Source: Mobula hypostoma (taxonomy: Eukaryota). Taken from it: a DNA stretch of 64,000 bases. The notes beneath the pieces are model-generated. The model searched no databases. It saw nothing but the letters and a program-made list of their open reading frames with translations, and was not told the origin of the DNA. The position numbers and the translations under genes were made by a program. The stretch covers positions 90,522,001 to 90,586,000 of the forward strand of contig NC_086108.1 in the NCBI RefSeq assembly GCF_963921235.1, given 5' to 3'. Below are positions 22,940-35,561 of this stretch, one piece after another. Within the stretch, counting starts at the first letter, position 1; the number at the start of each line of letters is the position of its first letter.

Positions 22940-23700
22940 TATTTTTGCAGTGCATTCACTTCTGTAATATATATAAAATAAATTCACAGCAGCCTATTTG
23001 TGCCCAGCAACCTCCCAAAAGTTGATATGACAATGAACAAATAATTAGTTCTTTGGTGTTAGTTTAGGCATAAATATCAGCCAGGTCATCGGTGATAACA
23101 TCTCTATTTTTCTTTGAAACAGTGTCATGGGATCTCTTCCATCCAGTGAAGGTGATATTGGTTTAACTTCCTGATTGATTGATTCCTGGGATGGCAGGAC
23201 TTTCATATGATGAAAGACTGGATGAACTAGGCTTATACTCGTTGGAATTTAGAAGATTGAGGGGGGATCTGATTGAAACATATAAAATCCTAAAGGGATT
23301 GGACAGGCTAGATGCAGGAAGATTGTTCCCGATGTTGGGGAAGTCCAGAACGAGGGATCACAGTTTGAGGATAAAGGGGAAGCCTTTTAGGACTGAGATG
23401 AGGGAAAACTTCTTCACACAGAGAGTGGTGAATCTGTGGAATTCTCTGCCACAGGAAACAGTTGAGGCCAGTTCATTAGCTATATTTAAGAGGGAGTTAG
23501 ATATGGCCCTTGTGGCTAAAGGGATCAGGGGTATGGAGGGAAGGCTGGTACAGGGTTCTGAGTTGGATGATCAGCCATGATCGTACTGAATGGCGGTGCA
23601 GGCTTGAAAAGGGCCGAATGGCCTACTCCTGCAGCTATGTTTCTATGTTTCTGATCCAGAAGATACCACCTTGGATGGTACCGCACTCCGTCGCTGTATT
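22940..23700 (-). mobile_element. Deu-domain SINE split by a CR1 insertion
   Basis: Reverse-complement Deu motifs (ATAAATATCAGCCAGG, GTGTCATGGGATCT, GGTTTAAC) precede 23175, and the element resumes (ATCCAGAAGATACCACC..GCACTCC) after 23650. Confidence 0.7.
23176..23650 (+). mobile_element. Young 5'-truncated CR1
   Basis: ORF 23179-23580 reads IPGMAGLSYDERL..LEFRRLRGDLIETYK..NFFTQRVVNLWNSLP. It ends in the tail CTATGTTTCTATGTTT, with a possible TSD CTGAT. Confidence 0.95.
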
Positions 23701-24103
23701 CTTTCTCCTCCCACATCCATTTCAGAGCATCTGTTCTTTTACATTTTTCTCTTTATTTTTCTCTTGAGTTGTGATTGTCTTTTTCTCACACTAGTCTGTC
23801 ACACAATATATCCCCAACATGTCTCCTGTCCTTAACTCTAGTCTACTTTCTGTTGCACACTCCTCAGACACTCTCTTGTGCTTTCATTTCCACTGCTAAT
23901 TTTGTCCTTTCTCTCGCTTTTACTCTGCGTTCGAAGCAATTTTCATTCTTCTTACTTGTCTGCCTCTATCTGCTTTTCTTGGCAGCAATGAAATGAAACT
24001 TTTTTTTAAATTCCAGCATAACAGTTGTACCTGGTGGATTCAGTGTCAGTAGGTGTGTTTTAGGGCCATTGGAGGAAACTTTTAATCATGGGAATGGCAG
24101 TAA

Positions 24104-24770
24104 ATGGGAGGAGGAGAAGATGGTGCGTGCGGCCTCTCCGGTGATGAATATCTGTTATCTGTCAAGTAGGGGACTGTGCACAATTCTGATTTGATAGAGA
24201 CAGATGTAAGAGTAGGGAGGAACATCTGGAAAACTTCTGAAATGCCCACTTTGCTGCCAGTGCTACTGTGTGGTAATCGGAATCTCCGGAGCAGAAGGCC
24301 CCGAAATCCTCAGCTTTATGTGTTTCAGCGGCCGGGGCGAGGTTGAAGGCGCTCAGCAGAGGATGGCGCTTGGGAGGCTGTATCGGAGCGGCTGGTCAGA
24401 GGCTCAAAGTTTTCGGACGGATGGACTGAGTGTCGGCTGCTTCCAAGGCTTCGGCAAGTTGACGGTGCCTGGAGGTTTATGGCAGGGAGTGTCTCCCTTT
24501 TGCCGCGTGCTATCGGGGACTCGGGAGTCGATCGACTCGGGGACTTTGAGACTATTTTTACCGTGCGCATGGTTTGTTCTTCATCAAATTATGGTATTGT
24601 TTAGCACTGCTGTAACTATATGTTACAATTATGTGGTTCTGTCAGTGCTAGTCTTTGGTTTGTCCTGTTTTCTGTGATATCACTCCAGAGAAACATTATA
24701 TCATTTCTTAATGCATGTATGCATTTCTAAATGACAGTAAAAGAGGACTGAGTGTTCTCATAATCTAAAA
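24104..24770 (+). mobile_element. ~670-bp non-coding retroposon, copy A (GC-rich head, Rex1/Babar-like tail)
   Basis: Colinear end to end with 57770-58443. It starts ATGG..GAGGAGAAGATGGTG and ends AAATGACARTAA..CTCATAATCTAAAA. Confidence 0.8.
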
Positions 24771-25260
24771 TATCATCCAAAGTCACTGTGGTTGATTGGA
24801 ACAGGGTTCAGAATCACCTGTCAGCCTCCAGAGTGCTCAGCATCAGACTCCAGCTTTGTGCAGAACATTTTCGTGGCACAGCAGGAGGCTGAAACCTTAC
24901 CACTCCAGTGACAAAGGTTCAACCCTGACCCCCGCTTTTCTCCCGAATCCTAAAGATCTGGGTGTTAGGTTATTTGGCTCATCGATCTTCTCCCTGGTAC
25001 ACTTAAGTGATAGGGAAATCAGCAGGGATTGTCAGGCACATGCGCCAAAACTGGTTACAGAAAGGTAAGTAGGGGAATGGGAATGAATAGTTCGTATTGG
25101 GAACTGGTATAGACACAAAAGGCTGAGTGACTTCCCTCTGTGTCATCACAAAATGAGACAAAATTACTGGAAAAATAGATTTATTGGAGTGATCCAACTT
25201 TGTCCTGACCAGGAACAACAAGCTCCAGTTTCTATTTTTAATGCTGATGCGTGACAATTA

Positions 25261-25300
25261 ACATCACGTTGTGGAAGTGAACATCACGTTGTGGAAGTGA
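25261..25300. repeat. Perfect 20-bp tandem duplication
   Basis: ACATCACGTTGTGGAAGTGA occurs twice in tandem. Confidence 0.95.
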
Positions 25301-27802
25301 CATGCACAAACTCACAAGCCGTACTGAAGAGCAGCAACCTAATTTCCCAGCTTGTGCTATCCTCAAAAGTATGTATCGAGTGAGATAAAATTTCAACTGC
25401 AGAATTATGTTAAAGGCTGCAGGATGTGAAACAAAAATCGGAGCAAATTGTGATTGCATACCTTGTTCACACAATTGCAAAATTGTTCAAGGAACAGAAT
25501 TCATTTACTTTGAGATTCCCAGTCCACCTTCACACAAATTCAAGGAGTTCCCCAGTCCCTGGCGACTTATAAAAGCAACACTAGCTAAAGTAGCAATATA
25601 TTGGTCAATAATAAACCCAATTTTTGAAAGAAAATGGAAGATTGCTCATAAAATTTCCTTCTGGAGAACTAAGAGTCGATTGCACCATCCTTGTGCCTGC
25701 GGATGTTGGAGTGGTTGTTAAAAGCAGAATAGGAATGGCCAAAGTAAATTTCTCTGATTGTATAACTCTTGTAATTTATGCTTACTTCATTTGTCATTGA
25801 AGAATTACGTACTGGCTTGCCTGAAATTCAACAAAAGAATGGAAAACCACTATTATACTCCTATTTTTAAATGGAAAGTGGGTTATTAAAACATTTAATT
25901 CATTATTGCATATTGAAGTTGACAGTAAATGAGCATGCAGTGACTACTTTTGCAACACATGCTTTCAATATAGAGTACTTGTAACAGATAATGTTTCCTC
26001 AGTGGCTGCAGTTAATATTTAGCATTACTGAGCAAAAATAGGCGACTGTGATTGCATTCTGGCAGCATTGGCCTCCAGAATAGGTCAACTGTGTGTTACT
26101 GCAGCAGCAAAGGCCCACTAATGAATGCTGCAGCATGTCTCCATTTTGACAAGCCGATCTTGCATATCCACGCTCTTTTCATGCAGATCAATTGAATCAA
26201 CTAGAGAAATGTTGGAAAAGAGCGTGCAGCAAGGGACAATTTGTGATTGATGGACGTCATTGGCACAACTATAGGCACAAGCACAACACAACCAAAATGA
26301 CCCCATTTACAGAAATATGAAAAATATTAGTTTATATATTTTCCCTTTTCTTTCCACCTACCATGAATCATTTTTTCAATAGAAAGTGGTTTGGTTGGTT
26401 TGTAACTATAAGCTTATGTTTCCCATTGATGCTATGTTTTATACATGATGGATATAGCCATAATGTGTCTGACTACAACAAAATTCATGTTTTCCATTCA
26501 CGTCTGTAGGAAATAAAGCATGGTCTGAAAAATCTTCATCTTTCATATAAAGCAATAAACATGAAAAGTATTTTGAATAAGATGAACAATCTCTGTAAGA
26601 AAGTATAAGCCATTTCTATTCCTGGTCACATCTGCTCTATTCTTTTCAAGTACCCTTAATGTAAGCACGCATTCATTTAAAACCAAAAAAAATTTTAAAA
26701 CCATATCCTTAATCTAAGTGTTTCTTCTGAGAGACAGAGTACAATGCAAAGCTATTTGGTTTTTCAGAAATATTTGATTAACTTTTATTATTTCTATTAA
26801 AAACCCATCTTTTTGTGCGGTCATTATTATTGTGACAACTGAATTATTTTGATCCTGCTTTACTGTACTTTTAGTGTTAGTGCAACATATTGCTTTTTGC
26901 TGTCTCAGTGCCAATTCTATGGTAATAAAGCATCAGACTTCACAGTTGCGTGCGAGTTTTAGCATGTTGCGAGACCACCTGGAGGAAGCAGGTTTGCACT
27001 GGGAATGCGTTTCTCCCTGTATCGTACCTGCAACTGTGGGGAAACTTGATTAAAGGGTGACTTTTGAAAAAAAAAGCAAAAACCTCTATCTTGCTTTTTT
27101 ATAATTTTGTTTCCAATAATTGATCAGTGCTGAGTAGTCTGTCAGCTCTTCTCTGTCAGTAGAAATCTCAGAGGAATTCACAGGCCATAAACAATGCTTG
27201 GTACTTGTACTGTAAAACACAACCCTTCTGTGTGGCTATTTGTTTAAATGCTAGAGTTGAGACTATGTCAATTTTTTTTCTTGATATTGGATTAGATTTC
27301 TATTAAATTTCAGTGTGCAGTCAGCTGCTGGCATTGTTACTTTGCAGGTATTAGAGGAGAGAGTTCCTAAAACAAGCATAGATACCGATAAGAATTGTGG
27401 TTCTGAGAAGAATTACGAGATTAACAATTCCAGTTACAGTCCGTGTATAAAACAGGGATTCAAATTCAGTGAAAGAACCAGTTTTTTTTACTCACTCAGC
27501 AGCAGGATGTGTGCAAAAGTCAGTTGAGGACAGAAATACACTAGTTTGTATGTAGCCAACAGATGTTCAAAATGCTGTATTAGCTTGTTTAGTAGATCAT
27601 TTGACTTTGAAAGTTATGAATTCAAGTTGTGATTGTTTCAAACTTAGCTTCTTGGCTTTTGTATTCAGTGGAGTAGTGAGGGAACATTTCACATATTAGA
27701 TTGGATATTTGGCACCACAGCAAGCTGTTAAATCCAATTGGTCCATACCAGTGTTTATGCTGCTAGTGCCTCTTATTACCTTTTCTCCCCTACACCTGTC
27801 AG

Positions 27803-27890
27803 TATATTTAGTTTCCTATATATCTCCTTAAATATATTTAGTTTCCTATATATCTCCTTTATGCCTCCTATATATCTCCTTAAATATATC
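27803..27890. repeat. Short imperfect tandem repeat (about 30-bp unit)
   Basis: TATTTAGTTTCCTATATATCTCCTT occurs twice, followed by a partial third unit. Confidence 0.85.
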
Positions 27891-28028
27891 TACACAATTC
27901 ATTCATGTGGTGAGTTCCACATTTTCACCAATCTTTAGGCAATGAAGTTTCCTTTGAATCCTCACTAGATATGCTCTTACTTAGAATTGGAAACATTCTC
28001 TCTGCAGACAATAAAAACACTCCATTAA

Positions 28029-28117
28029 GTGTCTTAGCCCGAAACCCCAATTCATTATTCCTTTCCGTAGATGCTGCCTGGCTTGCTGAGTTCATCCAGC
28101 ATTTTGTTTGTGTTGCT
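28029..28117 (+). mobile_element. Short PLE terminal-repeat fragment
   Basis: GTCTTAGCCCGAAAC..GTAGATGCTGCCTGGCTTGCTGAGTTCATCCAGCATTTTG. Confidence 0.8.
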
Positions 28118-30240
28118 CTTTATTTTAAAGACCTCTGTTGAGTCGGCCATTCATCCCCTCATATTTTTGGTGTCATTTTTGTACGTCTTCTTTGTCCCTT
28201 CTCCAGTACCTCATATTCTTTCTGTCTTGTGGCAGTTAGAATCTTATGCATTATTAGAGTAGCCTTCCTTTAGCTGAAGGTTATTAAATAAAGGCAATTT
28301 CAGACAACTTAGATGTATGTAAAATAATTGTCACAATTATTTGAAAGAAACGTAAGCTGTTTAGCATACAATCCTCTTCTCTAACTTTCCCCTGACAACT
28401 AACATTGGCAGGAATGCTTGATGTGATCGTGTCTATATTTGCTGTGCATTAGTTAGTTGCTATGTTTGTCAATTAGTAGTAGTGAGTTAATTTCAATGGG
28501 TATAAAAATGGTTTTTGATGTCCTGAAAAAAATGATAGAGTGACATATATATGCAGGTTTTGGACCTTTAGTTTTGTAAATGTACTTACTATTTTTCAAG
28601 ACTGACTATTCTATAGAATTATATGCATACAGGGAGATATTATATGAATATTTTTGTATCACAGGATACATGGACTAAAATGTGAGGTATTATTTGTATT
28701 GTATTAATACTGATTAGAGAATTAAATACTGGATTGTAAAACTATTGGCACTATGAGTTAGTAACATATTAAGCAACATTGCCCAACTAAAAAGTTAGCA
28801 ATTAAGCTAATAATTATAGAACTAAGAATTCCAAACGTTGGTACCCCTTTGTATATCTCTTGACTATTGGCATGTCATCACAAATATATAAATATGAATT
28901 TCCTTTATCAGTTGTTTTAAAAAGCATCGTAATTTTGAAGAGCCTCATGCCTTTGATAAAATAGAAACGGCAAGAATGTTATGCAAGTGCTTTAACATAT
29001 TCATTACTGATATTGCACAGTTCACAGTATGATTTTGACACCAAAATAAGAGTGCCATTTGAACCCATCTGGGTCGGATTTGAAATGCTTCTCTCCACAA
29101 AAATCACTTGGCAGAAAATTTATGATGCAGCTTCTGATACTGTTGGATTTAATTAAAAATAGCTAAGTTTCAACCACATATATGTTTGAGGATGCCTAAG
29201 TAGATGATTTTAGATAAGTACAGCACTCAAAAGGCCATTTGTCCTATGATGTGGTGCCAATCTTGATGCCAATTTATAATAAATGTCCTCCTCCTGAATA
29301 TCATCCACATCCTTCCATTCTATTTATATTAATGTGTCTATCTGATTGGCTCTTAAATTACCTCTGTGAAGAAAATGTTACCTTTAAACTTCCCCTCCTC
29401 TAACCTTGGTGTCTGACATTTCTATTCTGGGGAAAAGAATTTAACTGTCCAGTTAGACCTCTCAATTTCAAAAACCTTCAACAAGTCTCTCTTCAGCCTC
29501 CAACACTTCAGGGAGAGCAACCTAAGATTGTCCAACTTTTCCTTATAGCACATGCCCTCTAATCCTGGCAGCAACCTGGTAAATCTCTTCTGCACCTTCT
29601 TCAGACTCCACACCCTTCCTATAATGGGATGACCAGAAATGCATACAATATTTCCTGTGCAATCTGGCTGAAGTTTTACTAGCTGCAGCATTACTTCCTC
29701 ACTCTTATACTCAACACCTCTACCAATGAAGTCGAACTTGCCATATGCCTTCTTTACCACCATATTTACTTGTGTAGCCATTTTTGGTAAATTAGGGACC
29801 TGATCTCCAAGATCCCTCTGTGTGTCAGAACTAAGGGACTTACTATTAACTGTATACTTTCTCCTTTTAGTTGCCCTCCCAAAAATGCAACAACTCATGC
29901 TTTCGCAGATTAAACTCCATCTGCCACTTCACTACCCATTATCTACTGTATATCTTGCTGTATCCTTTGATAATCCTTACACTGTCCATAACTCCACCAA
30001 TATTGACGTCACCTGCAGACTACTTGCGAATTCACCCACCTACATTTTTACCCTGTATTTATAACAAACAACACCAATTTCCTATCTTTGCTGAACGTCG
30101 CTGATCACAGACCTCCAGCCAAAATAACAGTTTTCCAGTAGTAACAGTCTTTCTGTCTTATTTGGGCCCGCTAGTTCTGAATCTAAACCTTGAAATCACC
30201 TGGACGCATTGCATCTTCTGAATCAACCTAGCATGAGAAT

Positions 30241-30613
30241 GTATCATCTGGTTAACAACAGATGGTACAATCCTGGTCATATTACGATCAAGGAACGTGT
30301 TTGTAGCCTGGATATTGAACTTTTTGCTGTTGGACTCCGGCCATATTCCACTGAGATGCAACACTGGGCATCATGGGAGGTTATTCCTGCCTGTGGCCAT
30401 CGAACTTTGCAGCTCCTCCCGTGGAGGGTCAGACACCCTGAGCCAATGGGCTGGTCCTGGACTTATTTCCATCTGGCATAGTTTGCATATTGTTGTTTGA
30501 TTGTTTGTGGTTTTCAATTGCTATATTTATGCTCTATTCTTGTTTGGAGCAGCTGTAACGAAACCCAATTTCCCTCGGGGTCAATAAAGTATGCCTATGT
30601 CTATGTCTATGTC
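30241..30613 (+). mobile_element. Internally deleted Rex1/Babar-type LINE copy
   Basis: The endonuclease peptide LVNNRWYNPGHITIKERVCSLDIELFAVGLRPY directly abuts the ORF C-terminus RCNTGHHGRLFLPVAIEL. A 3' UTR, CAATAAAG and a (TATGTC)n tail follow. Confidence 0.75.
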
Positions 30614-30989
30614 GAATGGCTTACTAAATGTCATGTACAGAACTTTCACCATTTTACCTCATGTAGCTTTTTCATCAGATCCTCAAAAAACTCAGTCAAG
30701 TTTGTAAGGCATGATCTGCCCTCCACATTGACTGTCCCTAAGCATGCCATGTGTTTCCAAATGTAGATCCTATCTCTCAGCATCCTCTCCAATGGCAACC
30801 ATGCCACTGATGTGAGGCTCACTTGTCTAAAATGACCTGGATTATTCCTATTTCCCTTCTTGAACAAAGCTGCAACCTTTGCTACCCTCCAGACCTCTGG
30901 CATCTTGCCTATTGCTGGAGAATTCATAAAGATTTTTGTGAAAGCTCCAGCAATCCCCTCTCTCGCCTCCTCAAAAATTCTGCAATATA

Positions 30990-31427
30990 CACTCAGTGAT
31001 GACTTTTTTGGGTACACCTGTTCAGTAGGGCACACCTGTTAAGGCAGATATCTGATCAGCCAATCATGTGCAGCAACTCAGTGCATAAAAGCATGCAGAC
31101 ATGATTCAATTGTTTTTCAGACTAAACATTTGAATGGCAAAGAAATGTGTTCTAAATGACTTTGACTGTGGAATGATATTGGTGCCAGATGGAGTAGCTT
31201 GAGTATCTCAAAAACTGCTGATCTCCTGTGACTTTTACACACAACAGTCTCAAGAGTTTGCAAAGAATGTTGCAAAAAACAAAAAAAGTCCAATGGGCTT
31301 TTTGCAGAAGAGCATCTCTGACCACACATCACGTCAAACTTTGAAATGGAAAGGCTACAGCAACAGAAACTACTAACATACACTCAGTAACTTAACATGA
31401 GAAACCTAATAAAGTGGCCACTGAATG
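30990..31427 (+). mobile_element. Non-autonomous Tc1-derived element
   Basis: TA|CACTCAGTG ... AAAGTGGCCACTGAATG|TA, with the transposase N-terminal remnant LNDFDCGMI..LSISKTADLL*LLHTTVSRVCKEC. Confidence 0.9.
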
Positions 31428-33544
31428 TATGCCATCTGGCCCTTTGACTTATTCTCCTTAATGCTTTTCAGTGGACCCAGCACTACCTCCTCTTTAAGCT
31501 CAAAATGTCTCAGCACATTAGCATGCCCCACTCTACATTCACTATCCTCTAATTCCCTCTCCTCAGTAAATACCAGTACAAAGTATTCGTTTAGTAACTC
31601 AGCTACTTGCTCCAACTCCAAGCACAAATAGTCTCCTTCATCCTTAGTTATCCTGTTCTTAATGTAAACATAAAATACCTTGTTTGACAGCAGCTTCTCC
31701 TAATCTACACCGCTTAGATTCTCCCTGATCCTGCTCACCAAGTACATCCAAGGCTCCTTCTGCCTTTCTAATTACCTGCTTGAGCACTTCCTGCTTTCTT
31801 TATATTCTGCAAGGGCCCTGTCTGAATTCAGCTTCCTAAACCTTATCTATGCTTTCTTTTCCTTCCCGATTAAATTTAGGATTCCTGGGTCACCCGAGGT
31901 TCCCTTACCTCTCCATCTTTGTCCTTAGATCTTACTGGAACATATCGATCCTGAACTCTGATCAGCTGGTCTTTAAACACTCCTACTTATCAGACGCAGG
32001 CTTGTCAGACAGCAGCTGACCCTAATCTATACCCCTTAAGTCCTGACTTATCCTGCCAAAATTTTTCCTCCCTCAGTTCAGTACCTTCTCACAAAATCTG
32101 ATTTTACTCATCTTTACTCATCGCATTGTGTTTTACCATATTTATGTGTACCTTTACTCATAAATATTATGAAACATCATGAGTTATGATCACTATTCCC
32201 AAAATGTTCACCCAGTAACAGGTCTGCCACCTGACTCATTTTCCAAAACTTTTCTCCTTTAGTTGGACTCTCCACATACTGTTTCAGGAACCCCTCTTGG
32301 ATGTGCCGAAGAAATCCTGTCCCATCTAAACCACTTGCATTAAGAAAGTTCCAATCAAGACTGGGGAAGTTGAAGCTCCCTACAATGACAATCCGATCAT
32401 TGCTGCATCTTTTCGTTATCTGACTACATATCTGTTCCTCCACCTCTTAGTGGCTATTGGAAATCTATGTAACCCCAACAGCATAATTAAGCCTTTCTTA
32501 TTTTGGATCTCCACTCAGACTATCTCCACAGTTGAGCCCTTCAGCGTATCTTCCCTGAGTACTACTGTGACATCCTCAATTACCAGTAGTGCAACCCCTC
32601 CACTACTTCTCTCCTCTGACAACAAAGCCTAGCAATGCTGAGCTGCCAGTCTTGTCTCTCATGCAACCAGGTCTCTGTAATGGTAACAACATCACAATTC
32701 ATTGCACTGATCCAGGCTCTGTTCATCCTCCAAACCCATAGTACTCCCAACATTGAAATAAATGTATTTCAGCCCACCGTGTTTTATAGACTCCCCTTTG
32801 ATGTCTTTCCTTTAAGTCTTACTTGCCATACTATTTCTCTTGCCCTCATCCCTACCACCTGATGCCCTGTGCTATGCTCCTGCCACCCTAGTTTAAATCC
32901 TCCCAAATATCCCAGCAAGGATATAAATTCCCTTCTGTTTCAGGTGCAGACCATCTTGTTTGTATAGGTCCTACCTACCCTGGAAGAGTGCACAATGATC
33001 CACAACTCTGAAGCCCTCCTTCCTGAAACCATGCATTATAAAAATGAGTGTATATATTGCATCATTAATTATCTACAGAAAAATATGTACCATGTTCCAT
33101 CTACATAAGGACAGAATATACATGGTGTGTTTTCCTGTCGCTGACCCTATGTGCAAAGCCAAAGCTACCTCAGAATGGACCCACTCTAGGTATGTGATAA
33201 ATATGGCAGTATTTTGAGCCTTTACTATCCTTTCAGTTGGTACGTTCTAGATTCTGTCACTCACCTCTTGACTCCCCTTTCTATTAGTTAACTTCACTCT
33301 ATTATTAAAAACAGTATGTTGAAAACAACCTGCAAATCCAGCAGCATCTATGGAAAGGGAAACAAAGTTAAAACTTCAGCAGGTCAACAATCCTTTGTTA
33401 GAATTTTAATCTATTCCCACAGTTATTAACATCTCTTTATTGTAAATAGGTATTTCCTGCCATGATTTTATATACCTTCAAAGCTCAGAGCTCACATTAG
33501 TTAAATATTCTCTATTTTTCCAAAATGAAGGAAAACAATCATAT

Positions 33545-34600
33545 AATCTGAATCAGAATCACTAATGTATGTCATAAAATCTGATGTTTTACAATAGCCC
33601 AGTACAATACATCTAAATAAGTTACAAAAATAAATAAATAGTGCAAAAGATGAATATGACATGGTGATCATGGGTTCATGGACCATGATGGTGGTGGGGA
33701 AGAAGCTGTGCTTAAAACATTAAGTATTGGTCTTCAGGCACTGTGTACCTCCTCCCTGATGATTGTAACATGAACGGGGCATATTCTGGACGGTGAGAGT
33801 TTTTAATAATGGGTGCCACCTTCTTGAGGCACCTCTTCTTGTAGGTGTCCTTGATGGTGGGGGGGGTTGTGCCTGTAATGGATCTGATTTGCCTACAACC
33901 CTTTATGGCCTCTTATGGTCCAGCTGCGATACAACCAGTCAGAATGCCTTCCACTGTACATTTATAGAAATTTTCATGGGTCTTTGGTGATGCCAAATCA
34001 CTTCAAACTCCTAATGAATTAGAGTACCTTGCATGCCCTCTTCATGATTGCATGATTATGTTGCTCCTGGACAGGTCCTCCAAGAAGTTGTCACCCAGGA
34101 ACATGGAGCTACTCACCCTTTCCACTGCTAACCCCTCAGTGAAGACTGGTTGTAGTTCAGCCAAATTCCCTTCCTGAAGACGGCAAACAATTCCTTGGTC
34201 TTGCTGACATTGAGGGCAGGGTTGTTGTCACTTATCACCATCTGAGGTTTTGCCAACACGAGTAGTGTCGTCAGTGAATTTATACATGGAGTTTGAACTG
34301 TGCCTTGCCATACAGATGCATGCAGAGAGAGTGGAGTGGTAGGGTCAACATGCATTCTTGAGGTGCACCTGTGTTAATGGCCAGCAAAGGGGAGATGTTA
34401 TTTCCAATCATACTGACTGTAGTCTCCCAATGAAGAAGTCAAGGATTTAGTTGCTGAGGAGGTACAGAGGCTCAGGTTTTGAAGTTTGTTGGATAGTGCT
34501 GAGGAGTTGATAATGTTGAATGCTAAGTTGTAAAATGTTTTGCTGTAGTGTAGGTGCTTGAAAGCTGAATAGGGAGCCTGTGAGATTGTGTCTGCTCTAG
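33545..34600 (-). mobile_element. Degenerate Rex1/Babar-type LINE 3' portion
   Basis: Has a tail reading (TCAGAA)n on the plus strand and the fragment DNNPALNVSKTKEL..FRK. It is similar to 48484-48998 and 61130-61450. Confidence 0.75.
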
Positions 34601-35038
34601 AGTACTGCCCTCCAGGCCCTTCTTATAACAATATTTCTTCAGTACTGGCAACATCTGCTGCATCAGCATTCACTTTTGCGCTATTGTATCCTACCCTGTG
34701 TTGTGGTGCTCAGTACCCATTGTTGTAGCTGTTTCCATGCCTTAGCCAATAAATTAAAGTTTTCAATTTGCCCTCTGAGCCTCCTCCTTCACAAGCAATA
34801 CTTGGAGTGAGGATAAAGGACCTGTATTGTGCTGTAGGTTTTCTATGTTTCTATGTTCTATGTTTCTATGACTTGGTTCCACCACAATGAAGTATAAAAG
34901 CTATCTGTCTGGCCTCTCTTAATAGGAAAACCTTCTCACCATGGGAATTGCCCTGGGTGAATCTCCTTCAAACTATCACTAATGCCAATATATGCTTTTT
35001 TTAACGTAAGAGGATCAAAACTGCATAACATTCCAAGT

Positions 35039-35130
35039 CCTGCTGAAAGATCTAGGCCCAAAACGTCGACTGTACTCTTTTCCGTGGATGCTGCCTGGCC
35101 TGCTGAGTTCCTCTAGCATTTTGTGTGTGT
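35039..35130 (+). mobile_element. 92-bp PLE terminal-repeat insertion with a 17-bp TSD
   Basis: TGCATAACATTCCAAGT (35022-35038) and TGCATAATATTCCAAGT (35131-35147) flank it. It retains the ACGT-C-GACTG of the hammerhead. Confidence 0.9.
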
Positions 35131-35504
35131 TGCATAATATTCCAAGTGTGGCATTACCAATCCCCTGTGCAACCATAACCAAACCACCCAATTCATAAAC
35201 TCCAATCCCTTTGTAACTATCTGAAATGTCATTTGTTTTCATTACTTTTTACATCTAACTGCTATTTTAGATTTATGTACTAAACTGCTCAGCTCTCTTT
35301 CAGCTTCACTCCAATGCAACTTCTCTCTATTTATAATATAATCATCTACCATTTTATTTCCACTGGTACATGACTGAATTCCCCCCCCCACCACACACTC
35401 CTTCTCCTCTCAATTCTCTACCTGCTAGCCTCATTCTCTTGCATGTCTGAAACCCCTAGGCCACATTTAGTTGTTTCTGTGGATCATTTACAAGCATAAT
35501 CGCG

Positions 35505-35508
<4 letters not shown>

Positions 35509-35560
<52 letters not shown>
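35509..35560. repeat. (CA)26 microsatellite
   Basis: Uninterrupted CA run. Confidence 0.98.

Positions 35561-35561
<1 letters not shown>

Larger units (their letters stand above)
29215..33030 (-). mobile_element. Long degenerate CR1, interrupted by Rex1-type and Tc1-type insertions
   Basis: Minus-strand fragments read VKKAYG..IGRGVEYKS..VQKRFTRLLPG (29422-29898), PEVWRVAKV..LFKKGNRNNPG.FRQVSLTS (30646-31035) and IVGSFNFP..GNSDHN (32177-32443). Confidence 0.85.
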
